A stretch of 64,000 nucleotides of DNA, taken from Octopus bimaculoides (taxonomy: Eukaryota). Where the stretch lies: positions 55,507,071-55,571,070 of the forward strand of contig NC_068994.1 in the NCBI RefSeq assembly GCF_001194135.2. Reading direction: 5' to 3'. Below, piece after piece: positions 53,270 to 64,000 of this stretch; positions within the stretch are counted from its first letter, which is position 1; every line of letters starts with the position of its first letter. The position numbers and the translations under genes were made by a program. A model generated the notes under the pieces. It saw only the letters and a program-made list of their open reading frames with translations. It had not been told where the DNA came from and did no database searches.

Positions 53270-54701
53270 GGGAGAGAGAGAGAGGGAGTGAGAGAGAAAC
53301 AGAGAGAGAATGGGTGGCGAAAAGGAAAGGTTTTATTTTCTTTAGCCGAATCTCTAACATATGAAGATGCCTGATGTTCCATCTCAGAGAAAACTGACCC
53401 ACAATTTATAGATCTCAGTTCTCACCTCTGAGACGGCTTCGGTTTTCCTCTGCAGTTTTCCTCTGCAGACCCACAACCCACAACCCACTGCCTACCGAAG
53501 GATATCGTGAGCTCTGATCCTCTCGGTACTAATATCGACTTCAACATCAACGCACTCAAAATTATGATTTCTCCGTTTTTCAAGTGACTATATACGTGGG
53601 GAACAAAAATTATTGGCACTAACATATATTATTGCCTCACTGCCTTCTGCGAATGCATGCTTATAGTTGGTACTATTGTTGTCACGTGATCGAAGTTTGA
53701 GCCTGATCGCGCCATTTCTCTTTCTAGCTTTACAGTGTAAGCATGGCCTCTCCACTAGCAATGTGATCAAAGAAGAACAAAGATTAGGCTCAAACTTCCC
53801 ATTTACTTCAACCCAGGGTTCGTCTTATTTTTCCACTTTTCGTTTAACCTTTCTTTCTATTTCTTCCATCCATCCAATTCCCTTTCAATCATTTTATTCC
53901 TCTATTTTCCTTTTCAGGTCTTATATAATATCATTTTCCATTAGCGTTACTTCTACAAATGTTTTGCCTCCATGCCGTCTCACAGCCGAAAGACCTTTAT
54001 TTATATGCCTGTATATTTATATACATATGCCAAAGACCTGTGTCTTTTGTTTGTTTTCATCACCATCTCTTACATTCACTCTCCGATTCTCAGCGGTTCT
54101 TTGCTTTTGGCGCAATCAAAATGAACAATCTTATCGTTAAAGGCGCGAAATAGTAATGATTTTCGGACGATAACTGATGATGGAAGAGCATGTTCACATC
54201 TTGTGTGTGAATGTTTCGTGTGTTCCATTGTAGTAATTTTGTGCAATATTTGAAAATCATATTTCTCATAGTATTTTTTTATTTCTAGTTTTGTGAGCCA
54301 CAGAATTATTTCTAGCCAACGCCTTTCTCTACTAAATAACGCTTTTGCTTTAGTTTCCAAGCCGCTGTTGTGGTTTGTAATGCACAGGATTTTGTCGAGA
54401 TACGTGCTAGGAAAAGATATGCTTTCTTCAAAGTTTCATTGTACGTAACAGCACGAGAGATGAGGGTTTACTCGGAATCTTTTACTGTCGGTGTACCTCG
54501 ATACTAAAACATTCCACTTCTCCTCTAATGTCAATATTGATCTAATAATGAGGTAATTTAGGGAAATTCGACTTATCACTTGACAAAGTATCCTGCAATT
54601 TTTAACCGTGCAAACGTATTATGACAGTTTTATTTTCTTAGTTTCAAGTGACGATACGCTGAAATACCAACATAATTACCTCATTAGCTTTAAATTAATA
54701 T

Positions 54702-54734
54702 CTAACCCTAACCCTAACCCTAACCCTAACCCTA
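54702..54734 (-). repeat. Interstitial telomere-type repeat (TTAGGG)5.5
   Basis: (CTAACC)x5 plus CTA on the plus strand. Confidence 0.85.
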
Positions 54735-55089
54735 TGCAAAGGTTAAGCCAGTATTTAAATATCGAAAATACTTAAATTCTAATACCCTAGCATGGAAATT
54801 TTGAAGGCAATGAATTTTATTTTCGTAACTCGCAACAAAAGCATTATAAAGCCAGCATCTTAATTTTAATTCACTGGTCGCCATTTTGTCTTTCTTTGAC
54901 AAATTTAATTTTAAAACTTAATACCATACGGAAGTGGATAATAATTTGAAATAGTAATTGTTTTTTTCTTTTTCCTTTCTCTACTATATGGTAAACATGG
55001 AACTTTATCAGCAGTGTAACACACACACATACATACACATACACACACACATATTCATATATATATATATATATATNNNNNNNNNNGTG

Positions 55090-55122
<33 letters not shown>

Positions 55123-56261
55123 ATATATATATATGCATGTATTGTATTTGTATAATTGTGTTGAACTACGTTTTGTCTGTATGTTTTCTTAATGCCATAT
55201 CAAAATAACTACACTTGTATTGATATGGTTTTGTTTTGTTTTGTTTTGTTTATATTTTCCGCAGAACGTATCTCTTTCACTGCTATAATAGATGGAAACA
55301 ATAATCTTAGTAAATAACCATTCAAAGAATAGATTGGTTATCTGTTGTGAGCTAAAAATGATCACATGAACATTAAAATGACAAATACTCACGTAGTTGT
55401 TATTGAATGGGCGCCATTTTTTTGTGTGCGTTATTTTTTTTTTCCTATTTCGAAACGTGCAGTTCTAAAGATTATAATCTGTAAGTTAGCAACGGACTAG
55501 AGTGAATAATTGGCTACAGAGAAGTAAAAATTCAATTCAGGAACTGATAAATTTATTATCTCAATATAGTGGCAAGAGAAAGTGTGCCAAACAGAAAATT
55601 TGACTCTATAAACGAAACAACTTGGAGTAGAAATTTGTGGACTACGCGCGCACGCGACACACACTCACACACACTGGCTTATACGCGTGCATGTACACAA
55701 ATACATATGCAGACACATTATGTGTCAATGTTTGTATGAATATACATAGCTGCTGTGGCATATACGTACTTATGTATTTGTTAAGTGATACAATTAGACG
55801 AATAGCAGGAACACAAAACTGCTCTCTGGAAGCAACGCGTGAGCGAAGATTAGATCTCGCTTTTAAATTAGTTACGCGACTCAGAGGGAAATTTAATTTA
55901 TCTCGCAAACAAATTTGTGTTAGAAAAATAGAAGAGAAAGACAAGAAAACAAATAAATAAATAAATAAATAACTAGAAAGAAAAGCTGATAGTTTTAGCG
56001 TTAACGTCAGACTATGGAAAAAGGAATCAATTTTGCTGTAGTTTACATACGATGGAAGAACTTCTATTGAATACAGATGGACGAGTGTTAAAATATTTTG
56101 AAAAACACTAAATACATTTCACAACTGTTGTACATAACTACATAACAATGCAGTAAGAAAATGTTTAATTTTGCTGTTGGTAGCTAGTGCATGCACGCGC
56201 GCGTAAATGTGTGCGTGCATGCGCGCGTGCCTGCGTATATATATTCAGAAATGTATGGATT

Positions 56262-56334
<73 letters not shown>

Positions 56335-57618
56335 ATGTTTATTTTATATATATATATATATAAATATGTGTTTGTGTATTATTTCTGTATATGCATATAT
56401 ATGTATTTACATGTATATATTACATATACGTTTAAAAGGTATGTGTTTTATAAATGTATATACTATATTTAGAGAGTGAGGGAGAGAGTGAGAGTGAGAG
56501 AAAGAGGATGAGAGGAATAGAAAGAGAAAACGAGAGAGTGATAGAGAAAAGCTGCCGATTATTTCTAACGCTAATGAGAAGAAAATTTTATGCCTAAAAT
56601 ACAGGACCGGTCAGCTTGATTTATAATTGGCGGCAGTTGTAAGCTAGAAGAGGTCGAGAGGATGCTTTGGAGGCAATATTTCGTACTGGTTCTGTAATGA
56701 TGCGAACGAATACTATTAGGGAAGGCTGAGAGATGAGAACGGTCTATAGTGAAGTCGCATATAACAAAGGAGGCTACGCTTGCTGATTCTGGAGTGGTTA
56801 TAATAAGAAATTTGTTCTGTGTGAGACAAGTCCGTGTAAAATACAATATCGGATCTTTATTCAGCAATTTGCGTGATCCTGAAGAATACGGAGTTTGTCA
56901 CGTAACCTTGAAGTACGTATCCTGTGTCCTTTGCATGCACTTGTAACTAATTTTAACATTGTTCCCATCAAAGGGATTGTGGTATTTATGTGTGCTTGAG
57001 AAATGTTAACCTCACAGGAACAGAAAAATATTTTAACTACGTTGGAATCTAAATTTATTCTGGAGCGCTGATTTGAACATAATGGGTAGTTTTTTGACTA
57101 TGTGTTCGATAATTAGTTGAAGCCTTCTTATTCGATCCGCGGTTGTTGCCTAAACAAGATATTACTGTATTGTAATCAAGTCACACATATAAACTCTTTT
57201 GAAAGTCACAAAATCACGAATCCCTAATGATGTCTGTCTTAAAAAAGTACCCTGAAGCCTAGTGTGCAAGGAACATATCTTTGTGTATTTACTTATAGGT
57301 GTATGGGTACACAATTGTTTTTCTCCATTCGTATGTGTGTGTATGTTCACATATGTCGATACAATGCGCAATACGAGATCAAAAGATACCGTAATACAAG
57401 ATATCTCGAATAGCAATAATTTTGTTTGTAAACAAGCAACCCCATTATAACAACTACAATACAAAAACAAACACACAAAAATGTTGGACGCTTTGATATT
57501 ATTAGCTTTCCTTTATTGATTATTTTCCGTATTGCTTTCTTCAGAATCACGCATTATTAATTATATTATAGTCGAGGTGGAAATATTAAATATCACCAAC
57601 AACAGATAAACATGAAGC

Positions 57619-57673
<55 letters not shown>

Positions 57674-58223
57674 TAATAATAAAAATAACAATAATAATAA
57701 TATCAACAAGAATAACGACACAAGACATTTTTTTAATATAACTGATTCGTTAAGAATAATACAGTAAGTAAACATTAATAACGGAAATAAAATTATGATT
57801 TCAAATAGCGAGATTGTTTAAGAATTTTCTTCAATATTTCTGCGGGCAAATATATCGAATGGAGAATTTTTTTTTTTTTGTTGAAAAACTTAGAAGAATG
57901 TTAGAATTACAAAGAAAATGGTACCAACTTGACATTTTTATATATTTATTTAAATATTTATGTATTTTACAAATTTCCTATGTTTAGTATGAATTTTTTT
58001 AAAACTCTGCAATGTATGTATAGGCATATAAGTAACTCTATAGACAATAAGTTTATGTGAATATGTATGTATGTATGCATGCATACATATACACACACAT
58101 ATATATATTACATTAAGTTCTTTTGATATTATATGTCTGAAACTACATAAACTATATTTTCTTCGAAAAATATGTTTGAAGACTTACAGACACATATGCA
58201 CACACAGAGACACACACATATGA

Positions 58224-58256
<33 letters not shown>

Positions 58257-58514
58257 TGTATGAATGTATGTATGTATGAATGTATGTATGTATGCATGCA
58301 TGCATGTATGTATGTATGTATGCATGTGTGTATGTATGTATGTATATATGTGTGTATGTATGTATGTATGTATTCTCCTGCAGATTGGGATGTGGTGTGG
58401 GGTAGAGTCCGTGTGTTGTGGTGTGGGGGTAGGGATATGGGTTGGGATAACGGTGGGGTGGGGTGGTATCAACGAAGAGAGAAGGTGGGTAGGAGTGAAG
58501 AGAGGAAGTAAGTG

Positions 58515-58661
58515 TCAGATGAAAAGAGGAGGAGAGTTGAGCCCGTGTGACGCAAGTAAGCGAAGAGAGAACAATAATTCCTGTTCACGGCGAAGGCGCG
58601 AGTCCGGATGGATCCTATCCAAAGACAATCCGAACACAGACAGGTGTTCTAGTGAATGACT
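58515..58661 (-). mobile_element. Penelope-like element GIY-YIG endonuclease C-terminal relic
   Basis: Minus frame SHSLEHLSVFGLSLDRIHPDSRLRREQELLFSLRLLASHGLNSPPLFI*. It matches the PLE terminal pattern HS..L.V..L...R..RE..LI..L..L.P.GLN; the 5' side is lost in microsatellites. Confidence 0.6.
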
Positions 58662-58974
58662 GATAGAGCGTGTATGTGTGCGTACGCGTCTCTCTGTGTC
58701 TGTGTATGTCTTTCTCTCTATCTCTTTCTCTATTTCTTTAAGTGCATACTGTGTTATGCACACACACGCGCGCGCGCACATACATACGCACACACATTCA
58801 CACCTTACACGTCCCTGCGCACGCACGCACGCACACTCATACATATAGAGGAGAATGTGGGAAACAATATGGCTGTGTTTAAATGTAAGGAATGGGTGAA
58901 AACGATAAAGGCACACGGTCAATGTTGCAGAAAACAATGAAACGAATAATGGAAACAAAACAACACAAGCAATC

Positions 58975-59032
<58 letters not shown>

Positions 59033-59410
59033 ACCAATCTCATATCAATAGTATTTCCTTGGAAGTGGAGCTATGTTAACCTATTAACATATTTGGCATT
59101 GAACATTCTTAACACATACGTTGACAAAAATCTATAACGCCTTTATATTAATCATAGAATCATACAAGTTGGTGGAAAATGATTGCTGGCTATTCAATTT
59201 GCTCCGTTGTCGAGAGTAAAATGATTTACTTAAAAACTATTTCAAAATAACCTCACAAATTATACCTGTCTTGAAATTCTGGTACACGAAATGGACTTGT
59301 TGCCAGACATTATCTGGAAGAAATATTTGATAAACAAGATGGTATAGCGTTTCACGTGGCAACAAGTCGATTGGAATATATTGATTCGTGGTCAAATGCA
59401 AATTGACTGA

Positions 59411-59463
<53 letters not shown>

Positions 59464-59623
59464 TCTCTCTCGTTTCAAGACGGATGCTATCAGAATTGGA
59501 AGCACATAGTACATGATAGGCTCCTCGATTGTTTATTTTGATAAAAATTTGGAAAAGACGACGGAAAAGACGACGGAAACGACACCACCATCATAATCAC
59601 CTCGTCGAGCTTACTCGCAAATA

Positions 59624-59822
59624 TTCTTTTCTACTCTAGGTACAAGGCCCGAAACTTTTGGGGAGGTGGCCAGTCAATTAGAGCGACCCCCATTTCGCAA
59701 CTGGTACCTACTTTATCAACCCAGAAAGAATGAAAGGCAAAGACGACCTCGGCGGAATTTGAACTCGGAACATAAAGACAGACGAAATACCACTAAGCAT
59801 TTCGCCCAGCGTACTAACGTAA
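59624..59822 (-). mobile_element. SINE family A
   Basis: TTTTCTACTCTAGGTACAAGGCCCG..GACCTCGGCGGAATTTGAACTC..CTAAGCATTTCGCCC. Confidence 0.8.
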
Positions 59823-60103
59823 AACATAACACTGACCACGTTAAACATAATAGTAGAGTGTGGAACAATTGCTTCGTCTCTAAACATTTAGTAGCATTTT
59901 GTGCCTTTCTGCATCACCCTTTCAATATATATATACATATATATATACAGAAGATTGTGTTTTCCAAAATGGAGGCGAACCACTTTCTCCGTGTGGTCGG
60001 CTTGAAAGGTTGTTAAGAGACTACGATATTTTTCTACGTTTCTTAACATGAAATGAATGGTAGCCTTAATTCACAAATAATGCGGTGTTGAGCATTATTT
60101 ACA

Positions 60104-60149
<46 letters not shown>

Positions 60150-60682
60150 NNNNNNNNNNNNNNNNNNNNNNNNNNNNNNNNNNNNNNNNNNNNNNNNNNN
60201 NNNNNNNNNNNNNNNNNNNNNNNNNNNNNNNNNNNNNNNNNNNNNNNNNNNNNNNNNNNNNNNNNNNNNNNNNNNNNNNNNNNNNNNNNNNNNNNNNNNN
60301 NNNNNNNNNNNNNNNNNNNNNNNNNNNNNNNNNNNNNNNNNNNNNNNNNNNNNNNNNNNNNNNNNNNNNNNNNNNNNNNNNNNNNNNNNNNNNNNNNNNN
60401 NNNNNNNNNNNNNNNNNNNNNNNNNNNNNNNNNNNNNNNNNNNNNNNNNNNNNNNNNNNNNNNNNNNNNNNNNNNNNNNNNNNNNNNNNNNNNNNNNNNN
60501 NNNNNNNNNNNNNNNNNNNNNNNNNNNNNNNNNNNNNNNNNNNNNNNNNNNNNNNNNNNNNNNNNNNNNNNNNNNNNNNNNNNNNNNNNNNNNNNNNNNN
60601 NNNNNNNNNNNNNNNNNNNNNNNNNNNNNNNNNNNNNNNNNNNNNNNNNNNNNNNNNNNNNGCTAATCCCTTATATTTATGA

Positions 60683-60714
<32 letters not shown>

Positions 60715-60716
<2 letters not shown>

Positions 60717-60885
60717 GAGAATATACAAATAATAACAACAGACGAGGACAGGTGGTGTAAATAACAAAAGTATATATTAGTATGACGCTCGGGAATACGG
60801 AAAGTCTTTGACGTTTCGAGCTACGCTGTTCAACAGAAAGAATACGGAGACAAGGAGAAAAACACGGAGAAAAAAAATTGAATAG
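60715..60885 (-). mobile_element. Short dispersed repeat carrying HHR family 2
   Basis: ..TATTAGTATGACGCTCGGGAATACGGAAAGTCTTTGACGTTTCGAGCTACGC.. aligns with the other two copies. Confidence 0.6.
60806..60840 (-). ncRNA. Hammerhead-like motif, family 2
   Basis: Minus strand: CUUU-CUGUUGA-A-CAGC(gua)GCUC-GAAAC-GUC-AAAG. GUC triplet and intact stem I; 10.1 is mismatched. Confidence 0.55.
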
Positions 60886-60914
60886 TGTTCAGTCAACGGT
60901 CAATCATAATAATG

Positions 60915-60946
<32 letters not shown>

Positions 60947-61517
60947 CAAACACAGATACATATATATATATATATATACACACACACATCTATATCTCAC
61001 GCTGCATACATATGCATACACGCATGGAAGTTTATATAATTTACATATGCTAATAAGTGAGGACGAATGTGTTGGATTTTTTTAAATATTTGTTTGTATT
61101 TTTTTGTGTAGCGAAACCGTTCCATAGTTTTCCACAGAATCAATATTATGATTTGGTGTTGTTGATAGTGAGAGATTAGTTGGCAAAAGTCCTGTAAATG
61201 CTAACGCATCTTGACACACGTTCATTCCATGTTAAGTGGAAACTCTTGATTTTCTTACATGATCTTCACACCTCCGCTCTGGCGTTCGTGAACGTTGTAT
61301 CAATTCAATGGTTTATAGTGTGCAGTAGTAAAGATGAGAGTGATGGTAGAAGGCTGTTAAAGAGGGAAATAGTAAGAGAGAGAGAGAGAGAGAGGGGAAA
61401 AGAGAGACAAAGTGACTGAGTGAATGACAGAGTGGAGACATACAGAGAAGTACTAGCAAAACAGACAGGAACGCACACGCGCTAAAAAAAACACTTTAAG
61501 AAAATTACATATATCAC

Positions 61518-61551
<34 letters not shown>

Positions 61552-61570
61552 CTATCTACCTATCTATCTG

Positions 61571-61639
<69 letters not shown>

Positions 61640-61700
61640 TTACCTGTCTATATCANNNNNNNNNNNNNNNTATATATATATATATATATATATATTTGTA

Positions 61701-62032
61701 CGAGGTGGTATCAAGTGGTTTCCGGATTAGTTCTGTAGCGTGCCAACAAACAGCGGCACACGGTTGCGTGCACAATGAGAGCTGGCATTGACTTTCATGA
61801 GACAGTGTGCCGAGTGACATCGTTGCGTTTACTTCGCATGTTCTGAAATCTGTCATGGACAGGAACAATGAGCCAACGTGTAGTTTTGCGTGAAACTTGG
61901 AAAACCTGCTTCAGAGACATTGAGCAAGATAACGGCGATCAGGCAATAGGTTGTACGCATTGCTTCAAGTGGCACAGGCGCTTCAGAAGTGAAAGACCGA
62001 TCCTAGAAGAGGATGAGCGATCTGCAAGACCT
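61701..62032 (+). mobile_element. 5' part of a second mariner, cut off by a SINE
   Basis: TA|CGAGGTGGTATCAAG TIR start. NGDQAIGCTHCFKWHRRFRSERPILEEDERSARP matches the mariner HTH (YGD.AMS....FEW..RF..GR..LED..RSGRP). Confidence 0.85.
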
Positions 62033-62380
62033 GCCACATGGTTCCGGGTTCAGTCCCACTGCGTGGCACCTTAGGCAAGTGTCTTCTACTATAACTTCGG
62101 ACCAGCCAAAGCCTTGTGAGTGGATTTGGTAGACGGAAACTGAAAGAAGCCCGTCGTATATGTGTGTGCGTTTCTTCCCCACCCCCACCTCCACTTGACA
62201 ACCGATGTTGGTGTGCTTACGTCCCCGTAACTTCAGCGCTTCAGCACAAGAGATCGATAAGAATAAGCACCAGGCTTTATAAAAAAAAATTGTAAGTACT
62301 GGGATCGATTCATTCGACTAAAAACTCCTCATGGCGGTGCTCCGGCATGGCCGTAGTCCAGTGACTGAAGCAAGTAAAAG
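62033..62380 (+). mobile_element. SINE family B, 5'-clipped, with a very short internal microsatellite
   Basis: CCACATGGTTCCGGGTTCAGTCCCACTGCGTGG..AAGCCCGTCGTATATGTGTGTGCG..GCATGGCCGTAGTCCAGTGACTGAA. Confidence 0.85.
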
Positions 62381-62679
62381 TTAAACATATATTTCTCCAA
62401 TAAACAAAGTATTTTACTATTTTTTAAATTCAGTTCCTATTAATAAAAATATAGTGAGATTTTTTTCAAACAGCGAATGGCTTTGAGGGTCCACCCAAGA
62501 AAAATCGGCATCAGAGGGGCCCATAAGTAAAAAATCGTGGAGGACCTCCGACATACAAGGTACTTCGTTATTGTTATCATTCCTATTGTCATTGTTGTTA
62601 TTGGTTTTGCTGTTATTGTTAATTTCCTTTTGTAATTTCAACCGTTGTTATTGTGGACAGAGTAAAATTCTTAATGATG

Positions 62680-63075
62680 GTGTTCTTGCTGTTGCTGTCG
62701 ATGGTGGTGTTAGTCTTGCATTTCTTGTCCTTGTTGTTGTTGTTGCTGTTGTTGCTGCTGTTGTTGTTGTTGTTTTTGATGAATTTGATTTTGTTGTTGT
62801 TGTTTCTGTTCTTCAGTTCATTTCCATCTCTTCCTTTTCCTCATCGTCGTCATCCTCATGATCATCCTCCGCCCCCTTGTCATTATCACCGTCATCGACA
62901 TCATCATCATCATCATCGTCATCATCATCATCATCATCATCGTCGTCGTCGTCGTCATTGTCTTCTTCTTCTTCTTCTTCTTCTTCTTCTTCTTCTTCTT
63001 CTTCTTCTTCTTCTTCTTCTTCTTCTTCTTCTTCTTCTTCTCTTTTTATTATTATTATTATTATTCTTATTCTTA
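62680..63075. repeat. (GTT)/(CAT)/(CGT)/(CTT)/(ATT) compound microsatellite
   Basis: Read directly. Confidence 0.95.
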
Positions 63076-63444
63076 TATTTTACTCCTCTATCTTGTTTGA
63101 TTTCGTGAAATATTTTAAACAATTCCTAATTTTNNNNNNNNNNNNNNNNNNNNNNNNNNNNNNNNNNNNNNNNNNNNNNNNNNNNNNAAATAAATATATA
63201 TGAATACAAATTTTAAAAATTGCAACAAGAAAAAAAATAATACAAATCACCCCCCCAAAAAAACACGAAAACGGAAAATGAAAATATAAAAATAAGTAAA
63301 TAACTTGTCATTTATTTCTTATTCCTTCTTTCTTTCTTTCTTATTATTTTAGTTGTTGTTGTTGTTTGTATCGAATATAATTTTAATGAAAGTTAAAATA
63401 AACACGCAAATAGAGGAATTCTGCTTTGTCGATGTCAGCTAAAG

Positions 63445-63454
63445 CCACACTGAC

Positions 63455-63518
<64 letters not shown>

Positions 63519-64000
63519 TAATCTTTTCTACTGAAGGCACAAGACCCTGAAATTTTGGGGGAGGGGCCTAGTCGATGACATTGACCCCAATGTTTCACAG
63601 GTACTTAATTTATTGACCCTGAAAGGATGAAAGGCAAAGTCGACCTTGGCGCAATTTGAACTCATAACATAAAGACGGCGTATTAAACGATTCTGCCATC
63701 CCACCGCCCTAATAATAATAATAATAATGGTTTCAAATTTTGGCACAAGGCCGGTAATTACGGGGGATGGAGTAAGTCTATTAAATCAATTTCAGTGCCC
63801 AATTGGTGCGTATTTTAAGAAACCCAAAAGAATGAAAGGCAAAATCGATCCCGGCAGATCTTGAAGACAGACCCTGAAGACGGACGAAATGCCACTTAGC
63901 ATTTTATCCGGCGTTCTAGACATTCTACCAGCTCTTTATTCATAATAATAATGTAAATGGAGGCAAGTTCTTTCACAGGGCCAGCAATTTTTGGACCAGG
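63445..64000 (-). mobile_element. Tandem SINE family A copies with (ATT)n tails
   Basis: Copies at about 63520-63710 and 63722-63935, and a tail starting near 63950. The first is preceded on the plus strand by a long (AAT)n. Confidence 0.8.

Noticed and set aside
56571-56867. 98-aa minus-strand ORF in unique, GC-balanced DNA
   Set aside because: No recognisable motif or good splice sites; other frames contain stops. Probably a decayed retroelement.
59270-59410. Protein-looking frame GTRNGLVARHYLEEIFDKQDGIAFHVATSRLEYIDSW
   Set aside because: Bounded by stops, with no AG acceptor or ATG after the upstream stop.
62455-62552. Apparent exon after TTTTTTTCAAACAG
   Set aside because: All frames close early, and the sequence resembles the end of a hAT-type MITE.

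Overview
AT-rich, repeat-saturated animal DNA, most likely an intron or intergenic block of an octopus genome. The species call is an inference from the SINE repertoire, the very high microsatellite load and the gapped short-read assembly. I found no host protein-coding exon I can support: almost every ORF in the track is a microsatellite or N-gap artefact. The supported content is: (i) about 30 copies or fragments of four tRNA-derived SINE families; (ii) relics of restriction-like-endonuclease LINEs (R4/Dong-like, HERO/NeSL-like), a Penelope-like GIY-YIG C-terminus, one Tc1 and two mariner transposons; (iii) compound microsatellites and 11 larger N gaps; (iv) a short interstitial (TTAGGG)n tract. 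The most notable signal is a set of minimal type I hammerhead ribozyme (HHR) motifs from four unrelated sequence families, at seven loci. All intact or reconstructable versions have a palindromic stem III, the dimer-cleaving architecture known from Penelope-like elements. They include an intact copy (51164-51209, minus), a stand-alone copy with an 8-bp stem I (5343-5396), a family with a shared non-canonical U at core position 6, and a U3-A8 core variant. All alignments and folds were done by eye; activity is untested.
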